Notes: generated from the sequence alone by a model not told the origin. A stretch of 63,824 nucleotides of DNA, filler included, from Reticulomyxa filosa (GCA_000512085.1; 12 parts of 12 records of this genome joined end to end with filler, not necessarily neighbours in it); one strand, 5' to 3'. Positions 1 through 12,880 are shown, numbered from the whole stretch's first letter. Translations and numbers: made by a program.

Positions 1-719
1 CGATTCTCTTCATATAGTGCCATTTAGGTATTGTAGTTTTTTTTCAATCTACTGTATTAAAATTATTGCTTATATTTTTTTTATTCTCTAAAAATGATCA
101 CAATAACCAAAATGATGTTTATTTTGGAAAAAAAATTTTTGAAAATTCTTGCTTGATTCATTTTTAAGCAATATTTATCTCGTTATTATTGCCAGTAGCG
201 TTTGACCAAAGATAGATTATGTAAAAAAATATGACAAGTCCATACTATAGATTGCTGAACTCTGAAAGAGTTGAGGAGCATCCAGTGGGTTAAACTTCTC
301 CACTATTCTTACTTTGTTACTTTTCTTTACTTTCCTTTTGTTATTTCGTTTTATTATTTAATTTACTCGTTTTACAAAAACTACTATCCTCTTTTAAGTA
401 AACACCTCTCGTATTACAGTTAGTGCACCAACACTATCAGCAAACGTTCCACAGATGATTTTTGTTTTTAGTGCATTTTCCAAAATTGTTGTTATTCGTT
501 TCCGTTACGAAATTTTGTTTTTTTTTAAAATTAATGCCAATTGAATAAAAATTAATATAGAACCCAATGCAAAAACGGGCAATGCGATCTTAAAACATAT
601 TGTTCCAACAAAGCAAGTAGCAAGCTTCTGTAACCAGCCGAGAAGTGCGTCTCTCTGATAGCATGCAGGTAAGGAAAACAAAAAATATTGCAAGCTGATG
701 ATTTAAAAAGTTCAAAATA

Positions 720-3173
720 TTAAAGTACTTCTTTTTCAAAACATTCATTTTTCAAATATTTGGAGATGTCAGGTCTCTTCAAACGGTCAGCAACATCCAA
801 AAGTTCCTTATTTGTAAATTTTCACACATTCGCAGACATTGACAACATTTAAGTGTTATTATATCATAAACAACATTATGCACTACCTTATTTTTCTGGT
901 CTAACAACTCCTTCCATACGGTTAGAGGCATTTTTTCTTCCAAGCACTTTAAGTTGCATAATGCATTTATATTTTCGCTCGACACAACCAGATGTATCAT
1001 ATTTAGATTTTCCAAGCCATGACACTTTTTCTGTTCTCATCATACATTCAAACAAAAAAAAACCCATTCATACTAATATGAAGAGATCTTATAAATAGAC
1101 AAACATTTGTTGTCATCTTCCAAAAATACAGGTTTTTGTCGTTCATTGGTGTTAGCAAAGATATAATGTCTTCATTCATTTCAGGGGACTTCCATAGTGC
1201 GAACATCAAAGGCGTTCGGCCATACTAAATGTGTATTTGTAATTGAATTATTCTTTATGTAATGATGCATTAAAATCAAAACAACATAAAAATAAAAAAA
1301 AGCGCATATTACACTTTATTTCCTTCCTTTAGCTCAACTTCGTCACGTGTGATAACAAGTTTCTCCCAAGATTCATCAGGCACATATTTCTTCATCAACC
1401 TTAATCGTTCTTCTACATTTGGTAAAGCCTTTTCGAACATTAAGTGCAATATGTTTTTCCCAATCTATTTTTTTATTATTATTGAAATAGATTTATTTAT
1501 GCATCATATTTGAAACTTAAAAAGAAATTTCTCATAAAAAGTGTTAACTCCATATTCATTACACTTGCATTCCCAGAACTTATAATTCTCTTTGAAATTT
1601 TGTGGAATAAGTGATTGTATGATATCATCATTCAATTTCGATTGGTGTATTAATGCATTCATCAATGGAGTCAATCCTTGCTATTTTTCCAAGCAAACCA
1701 ATTCTGTGTATTTTTCAATTATTCAAATCCACATATGCGGATATATATTGTGCGTGTATAACACACATTGATGTCTTGGATTTCGATAAACTTTTGCCAA
1801 TTGTCTTTATCAATCTCTGCTTTCAGCCAGTTCAAGAGCTCCAAAACATTGACATTCGTATTTCGGACAGCAAGACCGATGCAAGACTGCTTTTTCTGTA
1901 ACGAATATCGAAACAAAGCATTTGGTTATTTCATTTGTTATATATGCATATATGTTATACATTCGTTTCTTAACGTTGTTTAATGAATTCCATACACTAT
2001 ATTTGCTCTTTTCATTGGAAGGAACGAAGAGTTTTATGCATTCAATAGATCTTTGCTTGGATACGGCATACATTAAAGGGTATGTACCATTCTCATCCGC
2101 TGTGATGAGTTGAGATTGAACAAACTCGTCAGAAAAAAAGTCACCGTTGTAAAAAAGCAGATTGGCATAATCATAGGTAACGTTGGAATTGTTAGCCATC
2201 TGCGATATGAAATTTTCACCGTTAGGACCGAGCGAGTGAATGAACGATGAATGGCGGAACTTATTGGGGAAATAAAACATAAGATTGGCCATGTCTCTGC
2301 GATTGAATGAGGCAATTTGCAATTGCTTGTCGAATGGCAATTTATCCATAATCTCGAAAGAACCCTGTATAAACGATTCTTGTCTCGATATCTCATAAAA
2401 AGGATGCGTTTTGTAATTGAAAACTGATACAATTTCAAGCAGGAACTGCACTTCACCAACAATACTCTTTCCATCTTTTTTGAATAAAATATTTATTCTC
2501 ACGTCTTTGTTCTTTTGAGGGATGTTGAATGATGTTATTTCGTTATTGTCGTTATCACTTTTCCCTTGTTGTGCATCCTCAAATCCATTCTTTACGCGTA
2601 CCACTTTGAATTTCTCAGAATATTGTGGAGAACGGATCAAAGAAGTGAAGTGTTCCAATCCTTGCACTAAACGTTCGATATTGGGGAATGTGGCCTGACA
2701 TCGTAATACATCAATAATGTGAGCTGATTTTGGAAACTTTTTATCTTTGTATTCTACTTGTGCTTTCAATTTGCATTGGTTGTGCGTCTTAATTGGACCT
2801 GGTTCAAACTTGCATCCTTCACAACTCCGAAAGATATTTTCCATTTCAGTTTGGAAGGAGTCGTTCATGATGTGAGCCCTGGCCAATAACTCGTTCAAAT
2901 ACATCTCAAAGTCGTAGACGTGTTTGAGATTAAAGGTCGCCTCATTGCTGTTGATTTGCATTTTCAATAACTTTTGTTCGTTAAATATGCTTTTTACACC
3001 ATTGAGATCGTTGTCTTGGCGACATTCTTTGTCCTTGTCTCGATGTTTCACGCATGATTTAATATTGAATTGGGTCAATTTCTTGTAGTTGTCCAGAGAT
3101 TCCTCATTCGATGTAATCTCTTTCTCAAATGCTTTCTTAAGTTTTTTCTCTGCTTTTTCGATTTCCTTAATGC
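720..3173 (-). CDS. RelA/SpoT-synthetase-like nucleotidyltransferase domain + C-terminal ankyrin-like repeats (5'-truncated, 7 exons)
   Basis: Frame is open to the contig edge at 3173. Motifs GPIK..K...Y, IIDVLRC, VRVKNGF, DVRINILF, GEVQFLL and HPFYEISR. Predicted GT-AG exons 3173-1975, 1895-1767, 1680-1549, 1464-1339, 1224-1105, 1024(or 1030)-887, 806-720. These encode GTYPLMYA, QGLTPLMNA, GKNILHL, YGRTPLMFA and ELLDVAD...KYL; stop TAA at 722-720. Confidence 0.75.
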
Positions 3174-3273
3174 NNNNNNNNNNNNNNNNNNNNNNNNNNN
3201 NNNNNNNNNNNNNNNNNTTAATTAATTAANNNNNNNNNNNNNNNNNNNNNNNNNNNNNNNNNNNNNNNNNNNN
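3174..3273. other. Artificial contig spacer (N44-TTAATTAATTAA-N44)
   Basis: Identical 100-bp all-frame-stop linker repeated 11 times. Confidence 0.98.
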
Positions 3274-3885
3274 GTTCTTGTGGAAAAAGTTTGATTTCGG
3301 TGGGGATATCATCGTCGGTAGTAATGTGCATACCCATCTTAGCGGGTTGATGTGACATTGGCTTTCTGACCATGTTTGGATACCCATTATTGCAGTAGCC
3401 TCCCATGCCCCCCCCCTCCTCCCCCCTCCTCCTCCCCTCATCATCATCATCGACGCATGCAAGGCTGGCATTGACGAAAACATGTTGGAGATGTCCAACT
3501 CATTAGGGGGAGGCGGAAGAAATCGCAGCGGAGATGTACTCGCCGCAGACGAAAACATTGGCCATCCGCGATACATACTTGCATTGTTATCTTTGTTGCT
3601 ATCTTTGCTACTCTCTTTACTTTCGGCTTTGTGTTTGCTGTCTTTGTCGATGTCAATGCTTCCATTCGACATGTAGTGCGGATCTGTGGCCCTTCTTCGG
3701 CTATACGTACTGCCATGCACTGCTGGCAAGTAAGGGGGTTGAGGTGGATTATTGAACATGCACGTCTGAGACGAATTCATGCTATAGCAAGTCCCAGAAT
3801 ACATTTCGACCACTTTGGGCAATGCACTTGATTGGATTTCTTCTTTTTTTTTTTTTTTTTCGTCGGTCGTGTTACACAAAAACAC
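3274..3885 (-). CDS. Hypothetical low-complexity (Pro/Ser/Met/Gly-rich) protein, partial
   Basis: ORF 3885-3274 with higher GC than its flanks; probable frameshift in the G/C run near 3410-3440; runs into the spacer. Confidence 0.45.
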
Positions 3886-4520
3886 ACATACAAACTAACA
3901 TTGTGGCTCGTCTAGTGTTCTTTTTGTGTCACACAAGTTGGACTTTTTTTTTTTTTCCTTGTCTCAATGTTATACTTTTTTTTAAAAAAAAAAACAAACA
4001 AACAAAAAAAAAAAAGTGTGTGGGTATGTGTATCGCAAATTATCAAGACAACAATGCAAAACTTATTGATCAAAGAAACGTTGAGAGAACAGTATGCTAC
4101 GAAAATTCTAACTCCCGTTTTTTTTTCTACAAGTGAATTTTTTTCTTGCTGAGCTTAAAAAGAAGCAACCGCTCTGAAAAGCGTGATCCCGTTGATCAAT
4201 CACATGCATGTGTGCTGTGGTTGTCATTTCAACACGTTTAAGGAAGAATAGTTCAGTCACCAAATAGCTTTAACGTAAAGACTTGGCATAGTACCAACAA
4301 AAACAAATTAGAAAGCAACAAAGTTTTTGAATTTCAGTCGAAAAGGAGTGCTTTAAGTGATACCTATTTCAAATGATATTACTTTAAGCTTACAAAAGTA
4401 AAAAAAAAGAATACAAAACAGTAAAACAAAAACATCTTTCAAAAGTTTAAGTGCACAAGTTTTTCTCCCCTCCATTTGTGAACTTCTTTTTGCCAACGTT
4501 GGTCAGGAAAAGAAAGAGCA

Positions 4521-5322
4521 ATGTCAGTTTGGCTTGCAATTGCAGTTGTCGTGATTGGCGTGAGTTTTGGTCAGGAGAGCTGCTATTGGTACAACTGGAA
4601 CGATAACGACTGGGCACCGTCAAACCAAAACTTTAGCCAAACAAAGTATGCGTTGTCGCATCCCTCTAGTTATTTCGACAGTCACGATTTTGCTGCAGGG
4701 GGTCGCTTTTACGGACAAAAATGGACGGACGTGTTTTTTTCGAGTCCTTTCTACTACCGACCATTGGGCTTCCGCTACGGCATTCTAGGTGCCTGGAACG
4801 TTCCAACCCTTTGCATCAACATTACTGGCGGTGGTAATTATCAAGTGGAGTTGATGGTAATTGTATGTGTGTGTGTACATGTTTTTTTTTTATTTATTTA
4901 TAGAATACGTATTTTTAAAAAAAATGGACATTTTTTTCCTCCCCCCCTCCCCTCTTCCTTTCCCCTTCTGCTAAATTAGGCGTATTCTCTTACTCCTGGC
5001 GCAAGTCTTGCTGCTGCTGATTTAGGGATTGACCCATTTGACTTGCAGTCCAATGCAGCTACGAACGTGTATGGAAAAGCTAAACTGTATCAATGTTTTA
5101 TGGCCCCAACTGATGTCAATGCCATGCTGCGGTAAGTTTTTTTTTAAATCTGTAGCCGAGAAGAAGGGTACGTATACTCAAACTTTGTAACACATTAGTT
5201 TTTTTTTTTTTTGGTATCATAAACAGTCTGTCCATTTATTGTCCTCGTGATAATTGCCAAGAAGGAGAAACTCATGTATTATGGAGACTGAGGCGATCAG
5301 AAACGTCATTTGCAGAGAAAGG
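4521..5322 (+). CDS. Secreted hypothetical protein (signal peptide), 3'-truncated, 3 exons
   Basis: MSVWLAIAVVVIGVSFG is signal-like. GT-AG introns at about 4857-4979 and 5132-5226. Coding sequence continues to the contig end. Confidence 0.65.
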
Positions 5323-5422
5323 NNNNNNNNNNNNNNNNNNNNNNNNNNNNNNNNNNNNNNNNNNNNTTAATTAATTAANNNNNNNNNNNNNNNNNNNNNN
5401 NNNNNNNNNNNNNNNNNNNNNN
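5323..5422. other. Artificial contig spacer
   Basis: N44-TTAATTAATTAA-N44. Confidence 0.98.
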
Positions 5423-5559
5423 CAGTCTCAACTCTTTCTTTTCTTCTAAATATTTTCTCAACTGTAAGCGTTCTAAATTTGAGTCTATCCAAAAAGAATA
5501 TATTATTTATAAATATATAATATCCATATTGTTAGATGTGCTAATTGTAGGATTGAAGC

Positions 5560-6560
5560 CACTTGAGCCTATTGCAAATGGTGGCGATAGAAGATTTGGA
5601 GGACAAAGGTACAAACACTGAAAAAGTTTTTGTTTTATTTTGAACGTAGGATGTACTTATATGGAACCTTTGATCGAATTTGGGGAGTGGAACTGGACGA
5701 GTGGGATGCCAATGCTATGGTTGAGACATTCAAAGGACGTAAATTCCAATAGAGGAGTATTTGCCCATTGATCTGGAGTAATTGAAAATTTAGGTACCAA
5801 AGTAATATAATGACGATTTAAGTGAAGGCAAGTTTGTAAAGATCAAATAGTATGGCATTATTGGATTGGAAATGTAGATATCAAAGAGTATTTCATCACG
5901 GAGTTTGCCAAAGACGTATGTATGGATCGAACTCGTGTTAGAAAACTTTTTCGGCCAATGCCATAGACAGAGCACCAGCCAAGAGCGCTTTTTATTTTAG
6001 GATGCATTCATATCGGCCAAAGCATCTCATCAAAAACTTGGGTTTAATTATCGACGAGCCATTCAATATGATACCGCAGACCAATAGCGTCAAGCGTGAC
6101 ATCCTGTTGACAGAAGGAGGCACCGGCGTTATAAAATATATTGACATGGAAACTGGCAACGATTCGAATGACCCCCCCCTCGAATGTGCTACCTGCGATG
6201 CAAAAAGCCCCGACCGTGAAAAGTCGGTGATAGAGTCATTCTCGACACAGGAGACATTGACAAGGCTATGTTTGTGGGATCGATCAGCTTTGACGACCGA
6301 AAAATCTTTCGTATTTTGTTGGACAATTTTTGTCTAATGGTCACAAGCTTACTGACTCCCTTTGATTCCGTGAAGAAGAATGTGAAAAGCGACAAGCGAA
6401 GGAATTCAGTGAAATTGAACTCCGTCAATGAAGACGAACTAAAGTCCATCCAAATATACTCTGATTTGCCATTCAAACACCACCACATAAGAAATACTCT
6501 TTTTTTCATGATAGCTGGTTAGTTATAACTGGCATTGCAAAATATTTGCAACATCTCTCG
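5560..6560 (+). pseudogene. Decayed tandem CAP-Gly domain gene, copy 1
   Basis: GVELDEWDANA..TFKGRKF and ILLTEGGTGVIKYI remnants with stops and frameshifts; colinear with 59170-60820. Confidence 0.6.
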
Positions 6561-7899
6561 ATTATGCATTGTTTATTTATTGGTGAAAAAGTTTATAGAT
6601 ACGAGCTCAATTGATTATGTATGGATACGAAGAAATAGGGGAGGGGATGAGTGTGCACTTGTCTGAAAGTAATAACAAGTATCAAGACAATGCATTGACG
6701 TTAGGAGCAGCAGACGCAAATGTTGTTTCCACACATGAATACATTCGATCTCACAATGATACCCATATGAACCGTCAAGCGAGAGGATTGATGATGTTTG
6801 GTAATTGTTTACTTACTATCAAGGAATCTTTCGATATATGGAACAACTTTAACAACAGCAATTTCATGTGTAGGAAGTGTATTATTCTTTGTCATGGTTC
6901 CTTTACACCATTTCAATACGACGACAAAATTTGTCACAGTTTAATGCAATCAAACACTGGTGATCTAGCTCGATAAATTAGGCCAATATCGGGTCAGTGG
7001 TGGACAATATTTTGTTTTTATACATTTCTTTATTGTAATCAAGAAATAATGCGATAAGTTGCTCCATCAATTGTCACAACATGGACGAAAACACACATGC
7101 TATCTTATGTTAATTGTGACATGGAAGTGTCGAGAACACATCAAATGCGTTTGCAATCGTCATACTTCGGATTAGGAGTGGTGGATGACAAACTTTATTG
7201 TCGAAAAGAAGTTCCCAAACATTGTGATATCTTTTTTTTTAACTCTTGTGTTACCATTAATATCTTTATAATCTTCTTTTTCTGTTCTTTTTTGGAGTCC
7301 TTTGTTACTTTTCGTAACCAAAGAACTTGTACATCTTCATAACTTCCAATCATCCAATATTACTGTATTTTTGTTCTCATTGGCTTAATTGGATTTAGAC
7401 TCTACTTCTTCTTTCTCTTCCTTTTCTTTGTCGTCTTCTTGTTCCTTTCTGTTATACGCTCTTCTTCTTCTTATCATCTACTCCTACATGACGATAAGAA
7501 TCAATACCTATTTCGCACAGTCGACGTTTAAGCGTATCTCTTTTGAGCACTTATTGTTTTGTTAAGACCTGCAATTAATTCCAATTCAGTTTTTTCAAAG
7601 ACAAAAGCGAAAAACAAATTACTTTCTTTTACATTTGAAATATTAAAATTCAAAAATTTTTTTACGATGAGTATAATTTGATAAAGATTTCAGGTGAGCT
7701 GGAGGAAGAAATTTAATTATTATTTAAAAAAATACAATTCAAACAAAAAAATCAAAAATTTTGAGACAAGTGCTAAATACTTGCAATCGAATATTCACTA
7801 CTTTATCTTTGTTTACTGGTACCGCAACCATCACATACACTTTCCACATGTATTGTATTCTTTGGAGACCTATGTTATAAACGTGTGTATTGATTGCAT

Positions 7900-8700
7900 A
7901 TATTTCAATCATCAAAAAAAAAAAACATTATAACTTGGAATATAGGTTGCACACATAATCACTATGATCATCAGCTCACCACTTTCAATTATGCAATTTA
8001 ATTTCAATCCATCATGAGCCACACATACACACGATATGGACCTCTCAATTTTTTTCCCAAATTATACGTTATTCAAAACGCAATACTATAATCCACATTC
8101 GACGCACGTCATCACTAATAAATATTTGTTCAATAATGAATACATAAATTTTATTGGAGAAATGACAGATGCGCGTGTTGTAGTGGGCTTCCATGATTTC
8201 CATCATCAGCAACAATTCAACAATGATGTTGCCAGTGTTACTTTTATCTACTGCAACCATCGATATTGATACTGCTGCTGTTGCTATTACTATTGCCATT
8301 ATCGCTGGAGACTCGCTACAGCACCAATGACAATATAAATAACACAAACATTTCCATCCACATTCCAAAACTTCATTGACACATCTTGGAATATCTATTA
8401 AAAAATTTCAAGTAACACATAAATAAATAATCAATATACGTATAAAGGTGTTGCTATTAGTTTTAATATGTACATATTTAAAAAAAAAAGTACACAAAAA
8501 ACCTTTTCAAGTAATGGATCTAAACACGAATTATAGCGTCAGGTAACCAAAAGGGGGGCAGGCGCACAAACGACCAACCAAAATAACAGTAACTTTTGAT
8601 GTCTTGCGAATGCACGCTTCAATTTCAATGATTACTCTTCCCATCAAGTATTTTGTTATTTTAGGACGACTGACGGACTTGGGGGAAAATTGTCATCATT
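7900..8700 (-). pseudogene. Possible decayed TLC/Lag1 ceramide-synthase-like membrane protein
   Basis: KFLECGWKCLCYLY resembles the Lag1 KFxESxWKxxYY motif, followed by DVRR; multiple stops. Confidence 0.3.
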
Positions 8701-8971
8701 GAAAAGGCTCGTCCCCTAGAGCTACCATTTTTTTAAGTGGTGGTCTTGTCGATTGTAAACTCTTCCACATTTCGAATCCGAGTGATTCGATTTTTTTTTT
8801 TTAAACCAAATAATTCATGCCATATCGACGCTGTCTATGGGAGGGAGAGAGAAGGCTCGACTGCTGACACAAAATGATGTTCGTGTATCCATTCATCAGG
8901 GCCAACACATTGCCAATATCCATGCCTTTTTCTTGATTTGTCAAATAATGGCGCGACTTTTGAATCTCGAT

Positions 8972-9071
8972 NNNNNNNNNNNNNNNNNNNNNNNNNNNNN
9001 NNNNNNNNNNNNNNNTTAATTAATTAANNNNNNNNNNNNNNNNNNNNNNNNNNNNNNNNNNNNNNNNNNNN
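8972..9071. other. Artificial contig spacer
   Basis: N44-TTAATTAATTAA-N44. Confidence 0.98.
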
Positions 9072-9078
9072 AAAAAAA

Positions 9079-9112
<34 letters not shown>

Positions 9113-9169
9113 TTACAGTTACAATTATTGTTTCTTTCATTAGCCATTGCATTTAAAAACCCAAAGAAA

Positions 9170-10195
9170 AAAAATTCCAACTCAACTTCGCCTTCGTTGG
9201 TCTCTACGAACGCGCCAGCATTTGAAATTGTCTTGATCCGACAAGAAACGACATCTCCAACGCGAATTCCAAGAGATATGGCATCAGTGATCAACGACTT
9301 GCCTTTTCCAAAGCTATACAAATATATGTTATTATGTGCATATTGACACAAAGTATAATAAAAATTTTTTTTTTTTTTTTTAAAAAAAAATAAACCATCA
9401 TTGTCAGGTGCAGTAATTTCGACAATGGAATTGTCAAAATTGACTTCCAAATCACAACGTGACTGTATCTCGATGAGTCTTTTGGTCTGTCCTCCCGGTC
9501 CGAGGAGCAAAGCAAAGTCACGCGGTTCCAATTTGCGCAAAGCGATTTTCGGGGCGTGGTTTTTGAGTTCGGGCCTGGATTTTTCAATGGCTTGATTCAT
9601 AGTCTCCAAAATATGTAGACGTGCTTTTCTAGCTATATCGACAGCCTGAATCAAAATATCCAGTGGCACTCCTGGCAATTTGATATCCATTTGCACGGCT
9701 GTGATTCCTTTGATCGTCCCGGCAATCTTAAAGTCCATATCGCCAAATTGGTCTTCCAATCCGAGCACGTCAGTCAGCAATCGATAGTCTGCAATGCTGG
9801 TCTTGAGTTGATTCGTTACTTTCTTGGTCACCAAACCCATGGAAATGCCTGCGGCGGCATTGGACATGGGCACTCCTGCGTCCATGAGTGCGAGAGACCC
9901 GCCGCACACGGATGCCATGCTGGACGAGCCATCCGACGACGAAATGTTCGACGCCACGCGCACAGAGAATGCAAACGTGTCAAAGCCTGGAAGCAATGGC
10001 TCCAGTGCCTTCCCGGCCAAAGCCCCGTGGCCTTGCGCACGGCGCGATTTCGTCACATTCTTAATTTCGTGCGTGGCGTAAGGAGGCATGTCGTACTCAA
10101 AGTACAGTCGCTGCAGGTCGTATTCATAATTGTATACGTTTACATTGCGCTTGCGAGCCAAGTTTGGAGGACCCAACGTCGTCGTGCACAAGCTC
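9170..10195 (-). CDS. PNPT1: Polyribonucleotide nucleotidyltransferase (PNPase), internal part: RNase PH domain 2, KH, start of S1
   Basis: RRAQGHGALA, SDGSSSMASVCGGSLALMDAGVP, DVLGLEDQFGDMDFKIAGT..GITAVQMDIK, KH motif LLGPGG; intron at about 9315-9396. Confidence 0.93.
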
Positions 10196-10258
10196 TAAAA
10201 CAAACAGCATATCATTATATACATATACACACACATATACATATATATATATATATAT

Positions 10259-10358
10259 NNNNNNNNNNNNNNNNNNNNNNNNNNNNNNNNNNNNNNNNNN
10301 NNTTAATTAATTAANNNNNNNNNNNNNNNNNNNNNNNNNNNNNNNNNNNNNNNNNNNN
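10259..10358. other. Artificial contig spacer
   Basis: N44-TTAATTAATTAA-N44. Confidence 0.98.
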
Positions 10359-10426
10359 AAGAAGGGAAAAAAAAAATACGTACATCGAATAACCCATTTT
10401 TTTTCTAAAAAAAAAAAAAAAAAAAA

Positions 10427-11220
10427 GGGGCGCGTTGGAAAAAACAAATTACATGTCACCCGAATGCTATAGCAGAAAAGATTATGACCCACATGCGAAT
10501 GACATTTGGTGCCTGGGTGTGATGTTGTTTATGATGTTGATTGGCGCTCCTCCACCGATTCGCGACAAAGTGGCACTGCCTTACATTGTGTCCGGACGCC
10601 TGAAGCTGCTGCTGGAACAATGGAAACGCGCGCATCTGGTGAATGGACCGGCCTTGGACTGTCTGAATCGTATGCTGACACTGGAGAAACATCGGATCAC
10701 AATGGACAAGCTGCTTGCCCATCCCTTTGTCGCCGAAGACATGCCCGCGCCCGACTCGCCAGTGGCCAAAATCGAAACGGCCAAGAAATTTGTGTCGGAT
10801 TGGCGGAAGTTGCGACGCTCGAAAATTTCGGTGGGGGATGTCCGAGACAAGTTGTTGGAAGGAGAGTCGATCATGAATACACTGCTCACTGAGAAGAAAC
10901 AATTGGCCAAAGTGCAAAAAAAAGAAGCTGGAGAAAAGGGTGAAAAAGGAGAAGGAGGAGGAGGTGATAAAGCGAATAATAAACATTCCAACTCTTCTAC
11001 ACTGTCACCGTCACAAGGAACAAAAGATAAGGAAGAAGAAAGCAAACAACAGATTAATGACGAACAAATATCTCTTTCTAACAAATTTCACTTGAAAGGA
11101 AATCATACAACCAATCCCGATGAACATGCCTTGCTTGTTACCCTCTTTGAACAATCCATTGGCGAATTGCAAGATGTCTTGACTGAAATGCAGGAAATTG
11201 TTCAAAAAAACACTTTGTAA
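10427..11220 (+). CDS. Ser/Thr protein kinase, C-terminal exon (5'-truncated)
   Basis: Subdomains VIII-XI: KTNYMSPE, DIWCLGVMLFMMLIG, RITMDKLLAHPFV. Confidence 0.88.
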
Positions 11221-12137
11221 TAACCAATTTTTTGTTTTGTTTTGTTTTGCTTTGTTTTTTCCTTTTTTTTTTTTTTTTTTTTGACTTGGTTATGTTGATT
11301 GGTTTATTTTTTTTTCTTTTTTTTTGTTTTCTCTTTTAGTGAGTGTGAGAAAGTGGAAAAGGGCGGTGGGGAGGGAAAGGGAGGTTAGGGGAATATTGAT
11401 GGCGTCAATTCAATGAATATGTTAGGGTGGAGATGGAAAACACAGGAGGGGGGGCAAAATAACCAATTTGCGTTGAAAATATATCAATCGACGTGACATC
11501 AAAATACAACCAAAAACACCATTTAAAACAACATACAACATGGTTGTTGTTAAGGGAGAGATAAACTTGAAGAAAATGCCAAAAAAAAAAACAACGTGCA
11601 AAATGACTTTGATAAATTGTATTATAATTGGAAAAAAAAAATTTATAATGACGTATCTATTTATTTTGTTATAGTTTTCCAAATTCTATCCTTGTGTTTT
11701 TAACTCGGTTCACACTCAAAAACAGTAAGAGAAACAAATTTGTGAAAACGCTCATTTCTATAAAATCCACTCCTGAAAATCGGTTCACTCATTTTCTGCT
11801 ACAAAGGCGTAAGCTATCAACTTTTTATATGTCACTCCTAACTTTTGGAAAATAATGCTTTTCCGAAGAATATTTAAGATGGCAACGCTTTCACTCAGTT
11901 TCTTGGATCTCGGGTGCTTTTTTAAAAGAAGAATATAACATAGTCTGAGAAAGGCCGACACGGATGTCATTATTGTCAGGAAAAAAATGGAAAAATGCAC
12001 ACAACAAATCTAAAGAGTGGCCAGATAATTTTTATACATAATAAAACTGAGAAATAAAACGTCTCAACAGTTTGTCAAACAAAGAATTTTTACGGTGTAG
12101 TTCAAAAAAGAAAAAAAAAACAACAAAGGAAAAATAA

Positions 12138-12830
12138 ATGCTCCAAGGTTCTGAAGATCGTAGAAACATCGGCAAGAGACCAACAGTCTCTTTGGAAGAT
12201 ATATATGGGAAAGGTTCTTCCCGACATACATGGCATGAAGGGAATGCAAGTACACTAGGGATCCCTGAAAAAAGTTATCGTAGTTCGATAGGGGCACCAA
12301 GGATGAGTTCAGTGTCCATGCGCGGAGGGTTCCAAAGCCCGACAAATGTGTCAATGCCACAAGTGTGGTTTCATCCATCGTATAGCGTATATAGTAAGAT
12401 AGGAATGGAAGCAATGGTGCAGTCATTTGAAAAGAATCAGAAAGCATTGAAAAAGAAGTCAAGCATGCCTTCAGGTATAAGTCAAAGTGACGATGAGACA
12501 AAGAGGATTGACGATGGGGCGAAAATGTACACACCAACGTTGCAAGAGCGAAAGGAGAAGACGATAACAAGAAACAACAGTACGTCGCTACACGAAATGA
12601 AAACGCCGAATAAGACAGGAATGTTTGGCATGTTTGCAAAACCGGTGATATGTCAGAGGATGAATGGATGCTGCAAATATTCGAATTCGAGGCATCTGGA
12701 GAGTGGATTGAAGCAAGAGAGTCATTATCGGGGAGAATTTTGTGGTTCAACTCCAAGTCATTCCGAATTGTATTTGATAACCCACCTTCTGGAGTCTATC
12801 CTGTTTCATCAACTATCGTTGCAAAAACAG
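12138..12830 (+). CDS. Hypothetical protein with a WW-like motif, 3'-truncated, one apparent frameshift
   Basis: The ORF from 12138 switches frame at the A-run near 12638 into EWIEARESLSGRILWFNSKS...FDNPP (WW-like). Confidence 0.5.
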
Positions 12831-12838
12831 TATCAAGC

Positions 12839-12880
<42 letters not shown>

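Noticed and set aside
8772-8790. TTCGAATCC as a tRNA T-loop; TCGAATC/GATTCGA hairpin
   Set aside because: No cloverleaf or acceptor stem; an isolated 7-bp hairpin is expected by chance
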